Positions 59,026-64,000 of a stretch of 64,000 bases of DNA are shown here, in pieces. The DNA is from Hydrolagus affinis. Its lineage: Eukaryota. Every line of letters begins with the position of its first letter. Positions within the stretch are counted from its first letter, which is position 1. Below the pieces are notes generated by a model that searched no databases, was not told where the DNA came from, and saw only the letters and a program-made list of their open reading frames with translations. The translations under genes and the position numbers were made by a program. The stretch is taken from NCBI GenBank assembly GCA_012026655.1, contig JAAILG010000134.1, positions 1-64,000 of the forward strand. Reading direction: 5' to 3'.

Positions 59026-61967
59026 CCCGACTAACTTAGTTAATCGAGCATTCGATTTGAGAGGTTTTTGTTCCCAAAGGACTAACTTTGCAAACCAAAA
59101 CACCAATGGTTAAAGTTGTCCTCACTGGACAAGTGCCGTGCTGGGCAGCTATGCTTTACTATGCTGATAGCTTTGCTTTGTCGGATACAACTCAGAAGAA
59201 AAACAGTGCTATGATGTACAAAAAAGTGGTATGACAATTTTTTTTAAAATGATTTCACATTCAGTATCTACCTGGGGTGAAGAAACAGCAGTGTGATTTG
59301 AGGCATATATCCTGATCACATTGAGGCAGTTCTGCTATTGACATTTAATGGAAACCTAAACCAACTCTGACACTTCGACAGACATTTTCTTAACATCTAA
59401 TTTAAGATAAGAGAGCAATCAAATTCTGTTTGAAAGCAAGTAATATCCAGTTCTGTTTTTTTTAAGCCAGCATCTCATTCACGAAAATAGACATATATAT
59501 TGTTAATTTCACACAATAAACTGTCTTTAAAAACATACATCTGAAACAGTTCACCAGTCCGCAGAAAGGAAAGCATGATTCCTCTTTTGCCGTCCAGATT
59601 AAGCCTGTCTGAAAACGCTTGTCCATTCAGGTGCCTTTTGAAGATGAAGAAATATTAAACCTGCTACTGTGATTCCCAGTGTGCATTGCTCCTTTTTCTG
59701 TCTTCATGCATTGATTCAGCTGATTTTCAAGGGTCATTTTTCAATGTCCTTTTCTGGTTGTGTCCAATCACATTCAAAGTCAGTGTCCTTTGTATCACAG
59801 GCAAACGACAAAAGGAACAAAATGTGAGGGCACTTAGTCTTCCACTTTCAGAGGGAAAGGTGAAGAAGCAGGACTGACAAGATGGATAGAGGCGTTGGAG
59901 CATCAGGAAGAAAATCAATGTTGCCAGTGACTTTGACATTTTACAACAATCTATGCCATTTGGAGAAATGTAAGAAGAAAGGCAGAAGCATGTAACTGGA
60001 TTGGGAGCACATATTAACCGTTTGATCACCACACATTCTCGCTGTGTTTATTATAACTGTGGAAACGGAAGATACAGCAGATGAACACATGAAAATAAGA
60101 GTATTAAAGGATATCAAGAACAGGAGTTAAATTTGATCATGATTTAGTAAAATATTTGAGCACACTCTATAAATTAAATATAATTCTCTTGCTGTGCTAC
60201 ACAAAAAAAAACTTTCTGGCTCAGAGGCGAGAGTCCTCCTAAATGAACCAGGCTGACATCACCACTTAAATTCATCCAGTTGCCTTTAGGTACTTTCTCA
60301 AGGGAGCTGTAATATGTTGGATTGTTTGTACACTTAACCAAGAGATTATATGTGCTATCACATGTATCACATTGTCAAAACGTCTCAGAGCATTTCAAAG
60401 CATTCAGCTTCTGGCTCTCCGTATCAACATATGAGCAAATGGCACCATTTACTGTATACTGGAGGGTGGATTTCACAGTCCAAAGAGCAAAGTACAAGCA
60501 ATCGCACATGCCTCAGTGTTTCTTCACAACTGCATTTCTGGCCACTGGCCCTATGTTTGGCAAAGACTCAGTCAAGAGAGCCTCTGCAGGGGAACTACCA
60601 GATCCACTATACATTGCTGCGGATGGGCGGGGATAGAACCAAACAGGTTGCCTCATCTACCTTACAACACCACTGCAGAAATGGTAGAGACACTGCAAGA
60701 TGAAGATATCAATAGAGCAGACTCAATATGAAGGCTGTACACTTCTGAGATGGTCTCCTCTACTGTTAGCACCCCGGGATATATCTATACCTTCTTAAGG
60801 GATATGTCAAATATAATGCTAAGCTTTTTTTTGTAGGGCTGTATTACCAAAGCTCACAATAATCTTTACTATAAGAGAAAAACAATTGCTTCTTTCATCA
60901 GCAGTATACAGAGGCACTTACTGTACCGCTACAAACAGATCAGGTGAGACAAGTATGATCGTAACGGCAGATGAAGTGAAAAAAGGGCATCACATGAGAA
61001 GTGTGAAGGTGTTACAAGGTTATTGTTTGTGGTGTGATACTGGGCCTTGAAGTGCTCTGTATTGATTTGCCTGCAGTTCTGAAAACTCGAAGAATTGCTA
61101 TTGTCACATTTTCATCTACCATTTACCTGTATTCATTTCACTGCACTTCTCTGTGGGAAACAAAAATCAATGGAATTTTTGATCAACTCTTTAAATACAG
61201 ATAGAGATGGAATGAATGTGAAGGAATGAATGTACAAAACGTTAAGTCAATTAAAATCTCTCTCAGTGCCAAGCACAGCATTTAATTATCAAACAGAATT
61301 GCCTGCATTTTAGATTTGTACTTGAAAGCTTTTACAATTGTGTGTAAATCTTTGTTTGGAGCCGTAACACAATACACAGTTGCAGTAATCAGGATGAAGA
61401 TTAATTTGGGATTTTACACAACTCATTCAGTATAACATATCACTCAAAATAATCATATTGGTGCAATTCATGTTTGTTGAAGCTGTCAAGTGCAAAATCT
61501 AACAGATACTCATCATTGGAACGTAAAATCCAACACCATCATCTCTGACAAACATGACTAATAGCTACCCTTATTGTACCACCAAGGAATCAGAGGCATA
61601 CACTCTCTAGAGCTAAGGAAAAGGAAAAGGAGCAGCTGCTCACTGCTGAAGTAAGTAAATTACAAGTAAATTGGCAAGCAGTACTGGATGAAGGTTAGAT
61701 ATGAACCACTGTGGGAAATGAGTGTGGAACTGCTGGAGCTTCATAGTAAACATATACTGGAGTATGTTTTATAATTATGAAATTATTTGATATTTTACCT
61801 CTTTGTAAGTCTCATCATGATTTGCACCAAACCTTCTATTCTGAGCTTCTCTTCAACAGTGCAGCTCAGAGAGCAGTAAACTCACCTTGTGGGATACAAT
61901 GGGAGCAAACTCACATCTCATTATTTCATGGTGTATCATGCTGGGAGATTCAACACATACCACCATA

Positions 61968-62690
61968 GGTGTCATCTTGGCACAGCTTGGTGGGTACTCT
62001 TGCCTTTGAGTCCTGTGGAGCTCCTGTGGCTTAGTGGTTAGAGTACTTGTGTTGCAAGCTGGGGAGACCAAGTTGGGGAGACCTGTGTTCGAATCCAGGT
62101 AGATCAGGGTGAAACCTTGGGCTAGTTTCCTTACTCCACACACCTAATAATAATCCCTCCAAAAAAAACACAATAATAAAATTGGTAATTTCAATCCATG
62201 ACTGTTTGTGGGACACTGCACTGTTTGTGGGACACTGCTGTGCGCAATTGGCTGCCATGATTCGCCCACAAATATACAGTAAATTCACTTTACAGTATAT
62301 TCTGTGAAGTGCTTTGAGACGACTTCGATAAGATGTGAAAAGCGCTGTGAAAAGCGCAATATCAAATGCAAGGATTATATTATATTTGAGTCAAAAGGTG
62401 GTGGGTTCAAGCCCATATCAGGACTTAGAAATCACAGTCCCATTGATTGTTCAGGTGGATGCTACAGATCCCATGGCACCACTCGATAAAAGACAGAAGT
62501 TTCTCCCCGTGTCCTGACTAATAATCCCCCCGGATAGAATTGGTCTCCCACCTCTTGGGACATTGCTGTGTGCGTATTGGCTGCCACATTTCCCTACATT
62601 TTCCTACAGTCACGGTAAATCCTGTGAAGTGCTTTGAGGCATCCTCCTGATGTGAAAGATACTATATTAAATGTAAGGAATATTTATTTA
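61968..62690 (+). mobile_element. Old DeuSINE split by the younger SINE
   Basis: Head gtgtcatcttggcacagcttggtgggtactcttgcctttgagtc | insert | aaaaggtggtgggttcaagccc...caggtggatgctacagatcccatggcacc...ttctccccgtgtcctg...tail. Confidence 0.8.
62013..62384 (+). mobile_element. Full-length SINE with 8-bp TSD TTTGAGTC and three internal tandem duplications
   Basis: TSD at 62005-12 and 62385-92; duplications ggggagaccaagttggggagacc, ctgtttgtgggacactgca x2, tgtgaaaagcgc x2. Confidence 0.92.
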
Positions 62691-64000
62691 TTATTGCTAC
62701 ACCACACTGACTCTTCATCTTCACCTTGCTGCATCTGAGCTTCAAAGACCAAGATACCAATTTTCATGTATAAAAACCACATGAATTCTCCATTCACTCA
62801 TTCACCACACTCAGTGACCCAGTTGAAGTTGTCTACCTGAAAGGTAGCACATTTTCACACATCAGTAGGGAATTTCAGCTGCTGCTACTTTCAAAGTTGT
62901 GTGCTTTGAAGACTAGGCCTTTGTCTCACCCTATGGTGCAACATTTTGATGTGCTGACTTCAAAGCACAAAGTCTAGCTGCTTGTTGATAGATGAAGACG
63001 AGACACTCTTTTATGTGAAATATATTATATTGTAATGCAAGCTGTTACAGAAAGGGTATTTTGAGCTGTTATCCTGATAACTAATCAAAAGTTTTGGAGT
63101 CTGTGCACTGAAACTTGCATTGCACAACATTGATCCAACCGCAAATTTATCCTGTTATCTAACAAAGTAAGTTGTTTTACCCTACCCTGAGCTACAATGG
63201 TTGCAATATGGTTTTCTCAACTCCACGGCACTGGATGGACTTATTTATTTCAAGAACTGTTCTCTCTGGTAATGCGAAGCGACAGAGTTTGTAGGCTGCG
63301 AATTTCATCTTAATGGGATTTTATGCAAACTGATCCCCAAATTCTGATATGCCAGCCTCAAAGGGGAAATTAAGTCAAGTCCTGCACTGGCATATTTAGC
63401 AAATTTGCTGTCGGTCATGTATTAAATCTTCAATTATTGCTTCAGATTCTCTTCAGTGAGGTGCAGAAAGCACTTAAGAATAGAAATAAATACTAATGCA
63501 TTAGAAATGCTCTTTTTAAAAATAATTGAAGGTTCCAAAACCATAAAATTGTGCTTCACTCCTTCGCTCTTCAAAAACTAATTGATTAAGCAAAGTGAAT
63601 AGAGGGAAGGGCAATATTCCATTCTGGATAACAGCAATAAAAATGGTAATAATCCTGTGAGTACAATTAATTTATGGCAGAATACCAATGTTTCTGAGTT
63701 GAGGCTGATTAAAGAGTAATAGCCATAATGCGTCAATCAAATTGCTGGTTTTCCACATTAAAGATCATTCCTGAAGAGGTCCATCTGACCATAATCGTCA
63801 GCTGGGACTTTGTTTCTTTGAACTTCTATCTGCCTAGCCTTCGATAACTTTCATGAACACTATGTCAGATCTGCTTGAAATGGCCTCTTGACTATACATG
63901 GACCAATTTTATCTTCACTGATGCGCTGGAAATATAATTGTAGTGGAGCAGGCTTTGATCACACAAAGCGCAGTTTCTGAGCTGTTATTTCATGCATTTA

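Noticed and set aside
60322-60731. Overlapping 71-117 aa plus-strand ORFs
   Set aside because: No recognisable homology or splice support.

Overview
AT-rich, essentially non-coding vertebrate genomic DNA, probably a large intron or intergenic region. I found no complete protein-coding gene, rRNA, genuine tRNA gene or CRISPR array. The repeat content is tRNA-head/Deu-type SINEs with L2-like tails, L2 and CR1 LINE relics, and Penelope-like arms. From recalled consensus sequences, not a database search, this most resembles a cartilaginous fish, possibly a chimaera. The only recognisable protein homology is to L2 reverse transcriptase in three disrupted copies (18520-19175, 30272-32430, 57108-58514). 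The most notable observations are: (i) an L2/SINE pair sharing a 3' stem-loop, with many ~50-60 bp tail-only insertions ending at the stem-loop base; (ii) nested insertions with target-site duplications (TSDs) that allow relative dating; (iii) an L2 tail fused to a copy of local genomic DNA; (iv) a perfect 23-bp inverted repeat inside a CR1; (v) isolated splice-flanked candidate microexons and CNE-like blocks. The sequence alone does not demonstrate a new biological system. Boundaries of old repeats are approximate.
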